This document shows positions 1-11,285 of a DNA stretch of 64,000 nt, in pieces; position 1 is the stretch's first letter; each line of letters begins with the position of its first letter. The position numbers were made by a program, and so were the translations under genes. Location: positions 36,022,001 to 36,086,000 of the forward strand of contig CM060733.1 of assembly GCA_030704615.1 (NCBI GenBank), read 5' to 3'. Below the pieces are notes generated by a model, which saw only the letters and a program-made list of their open reading frames with translations, ran no database searches and had not been told where the DNA came from. Source of the DNA: Takakia lepidozioides. Lineage: Eukaryota > Plantae > Bryophyta.

Positions 1-310
1 CTCCTTGCCTGAGGCCACCTCCGAATCAACCCAAATGGCCAGCATGCATGCAAGTTTAAGCTGAAGATCGACGGTCCCTATTTGTTGTACAAGCTGATTC
101 GGGAGAGACGTGCTTTGATCTTACCACAAGGGCATATTGATACTCAAGAGCACGAGGAACCGATACACTTACGGATATAATCCATTCTGAATTGGTCTTT
201 GATTTGACTTGTATCAATGTGGAAGGCAGGATGGTGGAGCTTACTCCGCAAGGACCAAGTGCTATGGAGCTGTTTGCTTCCTAGAACCATGTTTAGGACT
301 TATTAGACTG
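1..310 (+). mobile_element. possible decayed 3' end of a LINE ORF2
   Basis: Broken frames give ...FDLT...G...L...VLWSCLLP, resembling the C-terminus of the LINE ORF2 at 29916-30000 (FDIS...GRLC...IWWNDTLP*). No diagnostic motif. Confidence 0.3.
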
Positions 311-1493
311 CGAAGCTGATTTTCTAATCTTCTAATCTTCATATTGTTAATCTTCATGTCTTTATATTCTTGTAGTTCAGATACATTAGCTTGGTGTAGA
401 ATGATGTTCCAACGTGTTCATTGCGTAACGTTTTCCTCTACATCATGGGTTTTATCCCAAAGGGTTTTCCATGAGAGGTTTTTCACCTTGCGACGATGAG
501 GAGCACCATGGCGGGGTAAATTCCTTATATTCACCTCGTGGGGCTCGGGTCTTTGGAGGGGGGGGAGGGGGGGAGGTTAGATATCTGATGCCCCATACTC
601 CTTGGCCCCACAAACAGCTTTCTCATTACAGTTGTGTTAGACTTCGTTCCTGCTTTAAGTAGACGACAGTGGGAAGCCATTATACTTGGCTTGACCCGCG
701 TACCTTGCACAACTAGCTAACCCTACACATGGGGCTAGCTTCATCTTGGCCTTTTGTTGTTTGACAGGATTTGGGGCAATATTCATAGCAATGGCATGCT
801 ACTAGGTATGGGCTCATCCCAACCAAGGGTTTGGTGTATATCATGGTCTTTCTGAGCTTAAGTAAATTGGCTCTTTTTTCGTATATGCAGCCTGGTGTAC
901 TTGTGTATGACAAAGCTCTAGATGTTTGTGTTCTTATATGCTTGATGTTCGTAAGCAGGCTTGCGTTGTCCTCCTCTACGCGTACCTTTGCTACTGCTAC
1001 AACAAAGCCCGTCTTTTCCTCAGTTGTACACCCCTAAATTAAACGTGCCTTGAGAAGAAGAACGAATCTCATCCAGGCACAAAATGAAGCTTCACAAGGG
1101 TGCAGTCAACTCCCTGGCCTTTTCTATTACTTGCATAAACGGCGGAAATATAAGAGCGCTACCATACTAGTTTGACTCAACTCTCTAAGACTCCCTAAAT
1201 AGCCTCATAAAAAAAGGTGTCTTGGTACCAATGGATGTTATTTTATGCGTATCTATTTTTTCGACTACTGGCTATAGTCAGCCATCCAAGTGTGAATGCA
1301 AACATGCGATGATCATCGTTTTGATGGTGTGACTTTTGGGATTCTCACGGTGTTGATATTCATTTCATTTTCAACATGAATTTGTTTGAACTTGTTGATG
1401 TGTAATTAATGTAGTATATTATGGGATCTATATTTTTAATTATTCAAAATATAGAGAAAAGATAAAATTCAATATTAATAGTTTTGACATAAG

Positions 1494-1620
1494 TTCCATT
1501 AGCTATTACCATTATCATATTTATATGCACTATTGTGAAATATTATTTCCCCTCCCCTCCGACAAGAGCCTGAATTGTGGGCTGTCACTCCCAGGTTTTC
1601 TTTAAAATAATAATAATAAT
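1494..1620 (+). repeat. dispersed repeat, retroposon 3' end-like with (AAT)n tail
   Basis: gcctgaattgtgggctgtcactcccagg (1568) matches the reverse complement of cctgagagcaacagctcacaattcaggc (~29359). Upstream ttccatta...actattgYgaa is also shared. Confidence 0.55.
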
Positions 1621-1820
1621 AGTAATAGTACTAATAATAAATTAAAATATGCTTATTACAAGCCAAGATAATATTTAGAAGTGCTATAACATTTATACTG
1701 AATATGTGAAGAAACAAGCGGCTCTACCACAAGAGGCTCTGTCCTCTCTCTTTCCTTCGATGATTTTGGGGTTGTTGTTTTATACTTTTTTCACGACTTC
1801 ATGAATCATGCCCCTCAATC

Positions 1821-1990
1821 CTCCATAGACTAGCTGACTTAATGGATAAGCCTAGTTCTCCGCCTAGGCAAGATGTTCCACAATGCCTCTATCCCTTGCG
1901 GGTCCCATCAACCCTCCATAGACTAGGCAGAATGGATAAACCTAGTTCTCCATTCTCCGCGTAGGCAAGATGTCTCCACAATGCCTCTAT
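1821..1990. repeat. direct repeat pair of ~72-77 bp
   Basis: ctccatagactag...aatggataa.cctagttctcc...taggcaagatgt..cacaatgcctctat at 1821-1892 and 1914-1990. Confidence 0.85.
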
Positions 1991-2265
1991 GGGACAGAGC
2001 CAACAAAAGAAAGAAAGAGCAATATTAGAGCATATTTGACAAAATGACTTTTGGACTACGCTTACCCAACGAGTTGAATGCAAACGTGGGAGCCTTGCCG
2101 GTAGGGTCGCCCGGGATGGCCGTACCGGCGACGTTCCGGTTGGGCGCGCTGTCAAATCCCCAACCCCCCCCCCCCCTCCCCTCCCCTCTCCCTTCTCACC
2201 TGCTGCATGTACTCTAGGATAAAACATAAAAAAATCAAAGATTTGGTGAGAAGTGGATAGTAGTG

Positions 2266-2330
2266 TGGTGGCTAAGTAGGTGATATCCAGTACAGTAACA
2301 AGGTCTAAGGTTCAAAGGTTCAAATCGTCG
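2266..2330 (+). mobile_element. degenerate tRNA-derived SINE head
   Basis: A-box-like TGGCTAAGTAGG (2269) and B-box-like GGTTCAAATCG (2317); no cloverleaf. Confidence 0.3.
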
Positions 2331-2409
2331 TAGTCAAAACACGTCGAGTGATTGGTTGCACATATGACTAATAATTGTATTTTTTCATCTCCAAAATAAT
2401 TCTAAGTAC

Positions 2410-2750
2410 AAGATTCTCGCCCCGATCCCCGTTCCCAATGTCCAGTCCTATGCCCTCCTTGTTCCCAGGCCCGTTCCCCTATTCCTGGCCCTTGTCCTTG
2501 CTCCCCTCCTCGCCTTGTGGAATGTGGCTCACTCCCCTGTTCCCAGTCCCTGCTCCCCTCCTCGTCCTGTGGAATGCGGCTTGCTCCCCTGTTCCGAGTC
2601 CTTGCTCCCCTATTCCTGCTCCTCAATCCCCATTGGGGCAGGGGGAGCGAGAACTGGGAACATGAGAACAAAATTGGAGATTGTTTGGGAACATGGTATG
2701 AGGGAACAGGAGGTGTGGAGCACTCCCCATCTTCCCAATGGGGGATGAGA
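2410..2750. mobile_element. foldback/MITE-like element with 52-bp subrepeats
   Basis: Left half is full of GTTCCC/CTCCCC with a 52-bp tandem unit (2494, 2546, 2598). It flips at CCCCATTGGGG (~2628) to GGGAAC/GGGGAG motifs. Confidence 0.5.
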
Positions 2751-2852
2751 TTTGATTGGTAGTTTGATGGAGCATGTGGTCCGAGCTCCGCCCCGGGCCC
2801 ATCACCACACACGATTTGCCTTAAACTTGTTGGGTAAGCGTTGCCTCTTGTA

Positions 2853-2908
2853 TTCAATTTTCTTTCTCCGGGGCAGTCGGTTCAATTTTCTTTCTCCGGG
2901 GCAGTCGG
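2853..2908. repeat. exact 28-bp tandem duplication
   Basis: ttcaattttctttctccggggcagtcgg x2. Confidence 0.95.
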
Positions 2909-2996
2909 TACAGCTTATATATATATATATTAGAAAAGGGACTGTGACCCTTTTACTCAAATTAAATAACAATAAGTATCAAAATAAGTGTCGCCA

Positions 2997-3099
2997 CATT
3001 GTCGTAGGCCATATCCTCAATATATAGAAATAAGTGTCACAATGACACTTATATTGTGACACTTATTTCTATATATTGAGGATATGGCCTACGACAATG
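2997..3099. repeat. perfect 47-bp inverted repeat with 9-nt loop
   Basis: 2997-3043 is the exact reverse complement of 3053-3099; followed by a (TA)n run at ~3107-3131. Confidence 0.95.
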
Positions 3100-3210
3100 A
3101 TGTCAATATATATATATATATATATATATATTCATTTTTTCGGCAATCGATGCAGCTTAAAAAATATTTACCTTGATGATGTGGCCTACGAATCGTGGCT
3201 ATGATGAGGA

Positions 3211-3582
3211 TGACATGGGACAAGGACACCCTACTAAAATAAGTCTTCGACCTTCCTGACTACAATTAATTCATGAAGGATCTATGAAAGAAGGGAGTCC
3301 AATCAACCCTTCACATAATCCTGTGTGTGAGACCCTGGTATGGTATTTCCCTCGACTATATAAGTTATAGCATGTAAACTTAAGTGTGGCACTACGGACT
3401 AGGTAGCCGGGGAGGTGAGACCGGCTACTGTGTAGCTGGACACCATGAGTGCAGAGACGCGGGAGCGTTGAGGGATTCCTGGTGTCCAGCTGTAACACCC
3501 GGTAGCCTGTTAAGCCTCCCCATCTACCAGACATAACCGAGGTGGTGGTGGGCTACGGCGGGTGAGAGGCCTGTCCATGACA
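3211..3582 (+). mobile_element. solo-LTR-like element
   Basis: Termini tgacatggga...tgtccatgaca (TG..CA inverted), internal TATA ctatataag (~3356), long stem-loop downstream; no clean TSD. Confidence 0.5.
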
Positions 3583-4089
3583 TATTAGACATTGCCATGT
3601 AGGCAAAATGCCTCCAAACCTCACTTATGGCACCTTATTCCTGCTGTACACTAAACTAGTCTGCTACCTTTAGGGCCTTGGTACACCAATGGCATTGACG
3701 TAAACGTTGCAGGCTAGGGATTGTTTGGATGATATATGTCCATGTCACCAAGCGGCAATGAATTGGCTACCACACTATAGCATAAGCCAAAAAATCGCAA
3801 CTATCTTATCCTTTCATTCTAAACATAACCAAATCCTATAATCTTTGACATTAGGTCTGGATGGCGGGAGAATCGCGTCAGGACAAATGTCTTCCTAAAA
3901 TTTTCGATTTCCAAGGGACACTACCTGGAAATCCGTATTTCACGGGTAATGTGACATGTCAACACCTCTCCGCCAGCAGCCGCCGCTAGTGTGTAGGCAG
4001 TGTGCCTTAAACCAATAGGAGGTCCCTCTTGCCGCTAGTGTGGTATCGCCCTTAGTTGTCACTTGGATATACTTGATACCAGTCGGTGG

Positions 4090-4238
4090 AGTTCTAGAAT
4101 ATACTTGATACCTGTCGGTCAGTGGTTCGGGCTGTTGTTCTGGTATTACACTAACCTTACGGAGCAAGTTCTAGAATATACTTGATACCTGTCGGTCAGT
4201 GGTTCAGGCTGTTGTTCTGGTATTACACTACCCTTACG
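4090..4238. repeat. tandem duplication, 77-bp period, upstream of the P450
   Basis: agttctagaatatacttgatacctgtcggtcagtggttc...ccttacg at 4090-4161 and 4167-4238. Confidence 0.9.
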
Positions 4239-4711
4239 CGGCGTTAGTAGCGACAGCTTATGAATCAAGCTCCACATTACTAGCTGCAGCTTAGTGTTCA
4301 AATCTTACAAAGTTCAACATTTACTTCATTTTGATTGAAAACATATTCTATGCGATTACACTGTGAGAACACGTGGCTTGGAGAGTAATGACCAAAGTTA
4401 GTACTATAAATGAGATAAGAGGCCTTTATAAGGTACTGCAGGTGAAGAAGTACCTGGACATTAACATGGATTGGCGTAACAGTCATCTCGAATGTGCTGT
4501 TGCACGTGGGTCTTGTCTACATTGGTACCCAGGCATCTAGTGTATTTATGGGCTTGCAACTCCCATGACTTGAGAAAGACGTCCATATAGAGACAGGGAA
4601 GGACGAAATTGTCCTTAGAACGTGACGGCAATATTGGGATCTGGGTGAGGAGGAGCGGGAATATATAGTGAACTTGTACATGACTCACGGGGAAGCTTAG
4701 CAGAGATCAAG

Positions 4712-7700
4712 ATGGTGCTCCCAGTCCTAGGTGGGGCGCTGCTGGCAGGGGCCGTTGTAGTAGTGCTGCTTACCAGCTGCATGCTCTTTATGCACTCTAG
4801 GACTGTTTCCAATGTTGCATCGGATCACCAAAGATCAGGCAAAGTGCCACCAGGAAATTGGTACCTCCCAATTGTGGGGGAGACCTTGGAGTTCTTTATG
4901 AAAAGTCCCGACCGATTTTTTCAAGAGCGCCTCTCCAGGTCTCTTTCTTTCTCCTCTCTCTGCAGAGTTATAAGCTGTACAAAAGTCATGTGATTCATCA
5001 TGTCCAGATATTTGCCACATTTCCTAGCGTACTTGTAAATTGAATTCACATAGATCTGTTGACTGTGCAACTGACTCTGCATGAAGACCCAATATAAAAA
5101 GTGCTACATGTCTGCTGGTGCAAGCTGTGGTACGGATGCGTTTTAGAATTAGTGCACGACATTGCAAGACTATACTAGACTAGCATGATCATGCAGGGGG
5201 CATTAACGATTTTTTCTTAACGGAATCTGCAGATATGGAGACCTGTACAGTACGCACATTTTGGGTCGACCTACAATCGCAACTCACACGCCGGAGGCAG
5301 CCAGGTTCATTTTAGGACCAAAGTTTAGGTCCTTCAGGCCAAGTTACCCAACAGCTATGAGCAACATCCTTAAAATAGAGCACCAAACCCATTCACAGCA
5401 CCTTAGGATTCGCAAGATAACGCTTGCACCCATACTCCCGGAAGCGTTATGTAAAAAGATGGACATAGTCGATAGCTTGGCAAGATGGACTTTTAGTTCG
5501 TGGAAACCCGACGGAGTGACTAAGATTCCTACTGTTGACGAGGGAAGAAAGGTACATTGAGCTACGGGTCCTCCATCGATCCAAACTCACTTGCAGTACT
5601 TAATTTACCATGATACAGTATACTTGAGATGTACATTGAGCTACTCTAAGCTAGCTTCTTCCTACAGCTCACTGAGCTATATACCCTTTGATGGCCCCTG
5701 GGCCTTTCAAAATTGCACTTATAATTTACGTCGCTGGTCTGGTCTCTCTAGTCAGCCTTCTTATAAATGTACAGGTGAAGCCTCAATGCATTTGCAAACT
5801 TGCGTGAATCTAAATGAATGTTGTTTGCAGTATACATTCCACGTGGCTCTTGCAGTAGTATGCAGTCAGCCACCCAACGCAGACACAGCTCTTCTGGTCA
5901 AGGATTATCAAGATCTTGTTGATGGCTGCAGCAGCTTGCCCTTCGAGATTCCTGGCAGCAGATACGAGAAAGCAATGAAGGTATAATCTGGATCAAACCC
6001 ATATCAGCAGAGGATGAACTGTGGTGGTGGAACACAACTCATAGGACCTGCATCCTATTGATGTCTTAGGTGTTTCAGATGCAAATCTCTCGCTAAACTT
6101 ACACATATTTGAAAGACATGCTGGCTGTATCGCCAGGAAAACCTAGCAGGTCATGGTTCAAGGGGGGGATAAAAGAACGTACGTATAACATATCTCAGAT
6201 CTCAGACATGTGGAATACCCACATGATCCTATTGTCATGGTTTATGTTCCAAATTTTCCTTTTTTTAAGGGGGCCATGCTTGCAGAGCCCACCAAAGTGA
6301 GGTAGAGGTAGAAGAAACCTGTGAAATAAAGCCCTAACCCTCATTATATACTCTCCTAAGGCGGTGGTGGAGCCTTCTACAAGTGGGCCCACCTCCTCAT
6401 CCCCACCGCCACATTCCTGCTTGTGGAAAGCTCTAGAGCTAGAAGGAGGGCCCACCCCCCTACTTCTATGCTACCCTCTACACGTGGCCTCACATTTCAC
6501 CCATTGGAACATAGTGCCCTCCAATGAGGGCACTATTTCACAGCGGGGCACTTTATAGTTGACATTTCTATTCATTTGAAGATGGGTTAAGTTCCAAATT
6601 TATATTTTTTAAGGGGGCTACAAGTTGCAGAGCCCAGAGCCCACCAAATTAGTGAGGTGGAGACCAAAGAATTCATGAGAAATGTAACCCTTACCCTTTT
6701 TATATACATTGTCTCAAGAGCTTTTAGAAGGGCCCAGGTGGTGGAGCCTTCTATACCACTGCCTCATCCTGCTTCTGGAAAGCTCTAGAACTGGAAGGAG
6801 GATCCACCCTCCTACTTCTATGCTAGCAATCCCCATTCCAACACAAGTGCCCTTCCTCCCCATTGCCGCTCCAATCCTCTCCATTTTTTCCACCATCAGG
6901 AAATAGCCCTGCCAGAATTTTGGGACCCAAGGGGGGTTATTATTCATCATTACCTCTACCTCTATTAATTTATTATATCATGGTTTACATTTTTTTCCTG
7001 GGGCCTGCGTGTGTGCAGAGCAGCCTAGATACTAGTAAATAATAAGTAGTTAAAATAGATAGTAAGAAGAGCCCGGCTCTCTTTATATACCCTAAGGGGC
7101 GGTGGGACCCTTCTAGAAGGCAGCCGACCCCTCAAGCGGTGGGACCTTCTAGAAGGCTTCCCTGACATGACACACGTCACTCCTAGAAACCACCACGCCT
7201 GCTTACCCCAATCTAACCATGAACTAATAGGTCTTACCTTCTTGCCTTTCCCCCTCTTGCATGACAGGTATTAATTGAACTCGTGCTGTAGCTTACTATA
7301 ACTCCCGCTTCATAATTCCTGGACCACTCTCTAATCCCCCAACCCCCTTTCAAACTTGGGCCCCTTATTAGCTCGTAGTTCAACATGTTAAAAAGAGCTA
7401 TTTTTAGTTTTGAAAAAGTCTAAAAAGTAGGAGTTTGTAACATGTATTGTGGCCAGAAGATGGTCAATTATCTAGAAATCTGATTCTTGACATTATATAA
7501 AATTCTGTACACATTGATCTATGCAATCTGGAGTTATATAAACAGATGGGATGCGCATAATTCTAATCCACTGGTCATGAGTGGTCTGAAGACCTACAGA
7601 CGGCATGACTTGCAGCTGAGTGCAGCTGGTTGTTGTCTTGAACTCGGTAGAAAAGCAGGCCGCGGGTTCAAGCATATCTAACAGAATTAATCGTCGCACG

Positions 7701-10065
7701 GAGGAGAATGGATAAAAGAGAAGCTCCTGAGGATATGCTCACCGGCTTTATCGAGGCAAAGTTGGAAGATGGTTACACCGTTGCATACACCGACGCCCAG
7801 ATATGCGATATGCTCTTGCAGGTTTTGCTAGCTGGCCATGTGACCACCGCCATCCTTATTGCATGGGTGGTGAAGTTTCTTCATGAGAACCACGATATTC
7901 TCCGACAAGTTGAGGTAGAGTTCTTGGGGATTGAAACATAGTAACTGTGTACATACTACAGTAGTATCGGACTTGTAGTAACTTATCAGTAACTTGTCGA
8001 TGGTCAGTCAATATATAAACTGTATAAGGGCTTAAAGGCACTCACCGAGAAGCAACTTGGTGTCGACGTCTCTCTCCTATATATCTGTACGTCTGTCTCC
8101 ACCCTGTCTCCACCTTATCATGACTTATACCTGGTCAAAATCAAGTTCCTCGACTACATTCTTCTGCATTAATTCTAACCATAACATTGTAGGAGTGAAA
8201 ATATAATGCCAGCTGATGTGAAGTCCTTGATTAGTAGTATATACAAAGCTTAGTAGAAAGAACTGGAATAAGGTGATTGTGACTCCACCAAATATTCCAC
8301 CTTCAGTTAATTTGTTGGTGCCTGCAGGCTGAGCATGATCAGGTTAGGAAGAAGAAAGCAAGCGACAACGATCCGATTACTTGGTCAGAATACACAACGG
8401 AGATGCCGCTCACTCAACGGGTAATTACATGAACTGAGCCAAATTACATTCACTAGAAGGAAAACGCGGAATAATCACTCTGCTAACTACTCATTTTGAG
8501 TGGTAAAAGTCTTTTAACCACTCCAGCTCTAGAGTGACGAAGATCTAGATCTGGCATTATATATACATATCACATATATGATCATCACATGAGTTATGCC
8601 TACGGCCAGTTGCAGGTGTTTTAAAGATGTGTCTGTCTTGGTACCACCGTCTGTAGGTCCTACATATATGTATCTCTAGACTTACTTGAGTCCCATTATC
8701 TAGAAAATTCGCATGTCTCAAAGTTGGTCTTTACATGCAATTGAGCCGCTTTACCGCTCTACAGATCTAACGTCTTTTACTAGTTCAGGCTTCTCGAGCC
8801 CTTCAATCGTAATACCTTTTGGCTACAATATTACCAATTACAGGTGATTCAGGAAACCTTACGTATTTCGAATGTGGCGCCATATTTACCTAGAGAGTCA
8901 ATTGAAGACGTGGAGTACAAAGGTGAATATCCATATCTAGGACTACTCTGAATATACAGTCTTGTGAAATAGTACAATCCCTCTGGACAGTAGCCAATGC
9001 AGCTAGTCAGTTCAATGCTCGTGGACCGGAAACTTCCCTACTACACACACTGTACGGAACTCAAACTAGCTCGTCTGCACTTGTGCACTAAAATTTGCAT
9101 TTTCCAGCTTCAAATCATATACTTCAGGATTGAATGTTACCGATCGATAAGAAAGCTGGTAACATCTTACCTGTAGAAGAAAGAAATTTTAGACATAACC
9201 TGCTGACTGTGGTGATGGATATGTGATGTGTACACGGGGAAGGCTACTTGATTCCAAAAGGCTGGCTTGTTCAAGTTTATCTGCGCCACTTTCATCTCAA
9301 CCCCAAATACCATCCTGACCCTCTGAAGTTTGACCCATCGAGGTTTGAGGTAACTTCTCGAAAGCCGCGTCCTTTAGGCAGTCGACGTTACAAGTAACTA
9401 GTCAATTAGTGTAGGACTGCAAATCCTACAAATCTGGACATACAATGTATATATCTCCTTTTGTTTGAGGGTATTTCTTCTGATACTCCAGCCTCAAATT
9501 GGGATCTGTTGAAGCCCACACTCTATGAAGAAAGATGTCCAGCTAAACAAAGAATATGTGCATCCTGCTTTACCTACATGCGTCTCTTACATGCGCAGGG
9601 AACTCCTCCAGATTCGTCTACGTATATGCCTTTTGGCAATGGCAACCGAATGTGTGTGGGTATTGAGATCGTGAAGGTGGAGGTCTCACTATTTGTACAT
9701 TACCTCGTGACTAAGTTCAGGTAGGATTTTTCCCTAATTCATCACTTTACTTGCTGATGTGCTTACAAGTGCCGGTGTAGACTTATAGGTTGCACTCGGG
9801 AAAACTCATTCTGCAAAAGCAACGAGACCAGTACAGCTAGATGTTGTTGACAAACTCCTGCAACTTTAGACATTCTTAAAACTATTCAATCTCCTTCGAT
9901 AGCTCTCCAATAGCTGCACTGACCTGCATTAATGCATCCATGATGCTATGTTTCTGCAGTTGGACTCGGGCAGGATCAAAAGATAAAGGCATAACCTACT
10001 GGCCGGCTGCGAGGCCCAGAGGTCCTTATCCCATCACAGTCAAGTCGAGGCTGAAGAACTTCTGA
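4712..10065 (+). CDS. cytochrome P450, CYP85 clan (CYP707/CYP85-like exon structure), ~488 aa, 9 exons
   Basis: Exons 4712-4938, 5233-5551, 5831-5980, 7651-7914, 8328-8420, 8844-8922, 9243-9349, 9599-9720, 9960-10065 join in frame with GT-AG introns (the exon 4 acceptor is the least certain). Motifs: N-terminal TM anchor, PPGNWYLPIVGET, AGHVTT, ETLR, FDPSRF, FGNGNRMCVG (heme). Confidence 0.92.
6233..7266 (-). mobile_element. three related LTR-like units in P450 intron 3
   Basis: Units start ~6233, ~6582 and ~6976 and share (c)atggttt..ttttt..gggg..tgcagagc..ttatatac..ggtgg..ccttcta. Outer termini are TGTCATG...CATGACA, the same termini as the solo LTR at 33460-34609. Confidence 0.6.
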
Positions 10066-11021
10066 CCATCCAATTACCACATTTATAATTACTGTAAATC
10101 TTCCCGTAGAAGTGATTCCATGACTGCACCATACGTAGCAGTCCCTTCACAATCCGAGATAGGTCTAGCCTCCAGGTCTATTCATGTGATTAACATTCAG
10201 TGTGAAGATGCTGTACTGAAGTCTTGGACACTATTTAGGATGAAAATTATATAAACTACGTAGATTGTAACAATAAACATTTCATAGTCTAATAGTTTGG
10301 AAACACAATTTACAATCACAGATTCTCAACTTAAAAAACAAATTGTTGTATCTACAAAAACATCAAGCTCACTTGAGGTTTAAGTAAACCAGTTCATTAC
10401 TCGACATACCCTGTGAGCAAAGGATGCAACCAACGGCTCAAGTCCTTCCCTCGTCCCTCCAAGGGTGCGCAGGAAATTAGTGAAGGTTGATACATTCGTC
10501 TCCCGATAGCCACAATGTACAGGTCATGTCACCAGTTTATTAATGCGAACGCCTCATCGACCTGCATGTCACCTTCAACAGCGCCAAAAATTACCCTGCC
10601 TGGGCACCTGATACATAACAATATAAATCTGCTAGCATATAAAAACATCGTTCTTGCAGACTCTCGAAAACCTAATTGCATTCTTAAAAACTACAACTTG
10701 TTCCAGTGGATCGAGAGCCCCTGAAGTGTTCCGAGAAGTGTTCCCAGACTGAAGTGTGGATTTTCTCTCTATGTTTGATTTCTCTTCATACCTCAATAGA
10801 GACATTAATCTAGAGGTCTACCTACAATCCTCAATCTCTCTCTCTCTCTCTCTCTCTTTCTCCATCTCGCTCGTCTATTCCACTTTCGCGACGAGTGTTC
10901 ATTCATTGTGGCCGTGCAAACAACTAAGTCATCCATCCACCATGTTCTCTGCCCGCGGGCAGACCAAACAAAACTCTTCTCAAGGACCGGGGATATGGCG
11001 CGGGATCGGAGGTCTGAGAGC

Positions 11022-11029
11022 GCGGGAAA
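11022..11029 (-). promoter_or_regulatory. E2F-binding site upstream of MSH2
   Basis: GCGGGAAA reads TTTCCCGC on the minus strand (TTTSSCGS consensus), ~260 bp before the MSH2 ATG. Confidence 0.4.
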
Positions 11030-11285
11030 GCCAGAGTGTGCCCACTGCTCCATCCCCGCTTCTGGATCTTACTATCAAGTGGGAGGATGCGTAGTGACAG
11101 TGAACTTTTGTTGCAAGATTCTTCCAGAGGGCATCGAATTCAGTGTGGGGGTAGTCAAATATCTTCCCTTGAAGCAAACAATCCGTCGTGTCGTCTGGTT
11201 GTCTTAGGTGTGGGCGAGGTTAATGAAGTCGTGAGTCATCGGCGTAGGAATATATAGAACGCCGTGCAAGAGCTTTGGTTCAAGC

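Noticed and set aside
1262-1335. rRNA-like fragment / small hairpin (agtcagccatc...gatggtgtgact)
   Set aside because: Resemblance to LSU rRNA is too weak, and the hairpin is short and single-copy in this window.
3378-3425. 5S-rRNA-like segment suggesting a Cassandra TRIM
   Set aside because: Only scattered short word matches; A/C box spacing is not preserved.
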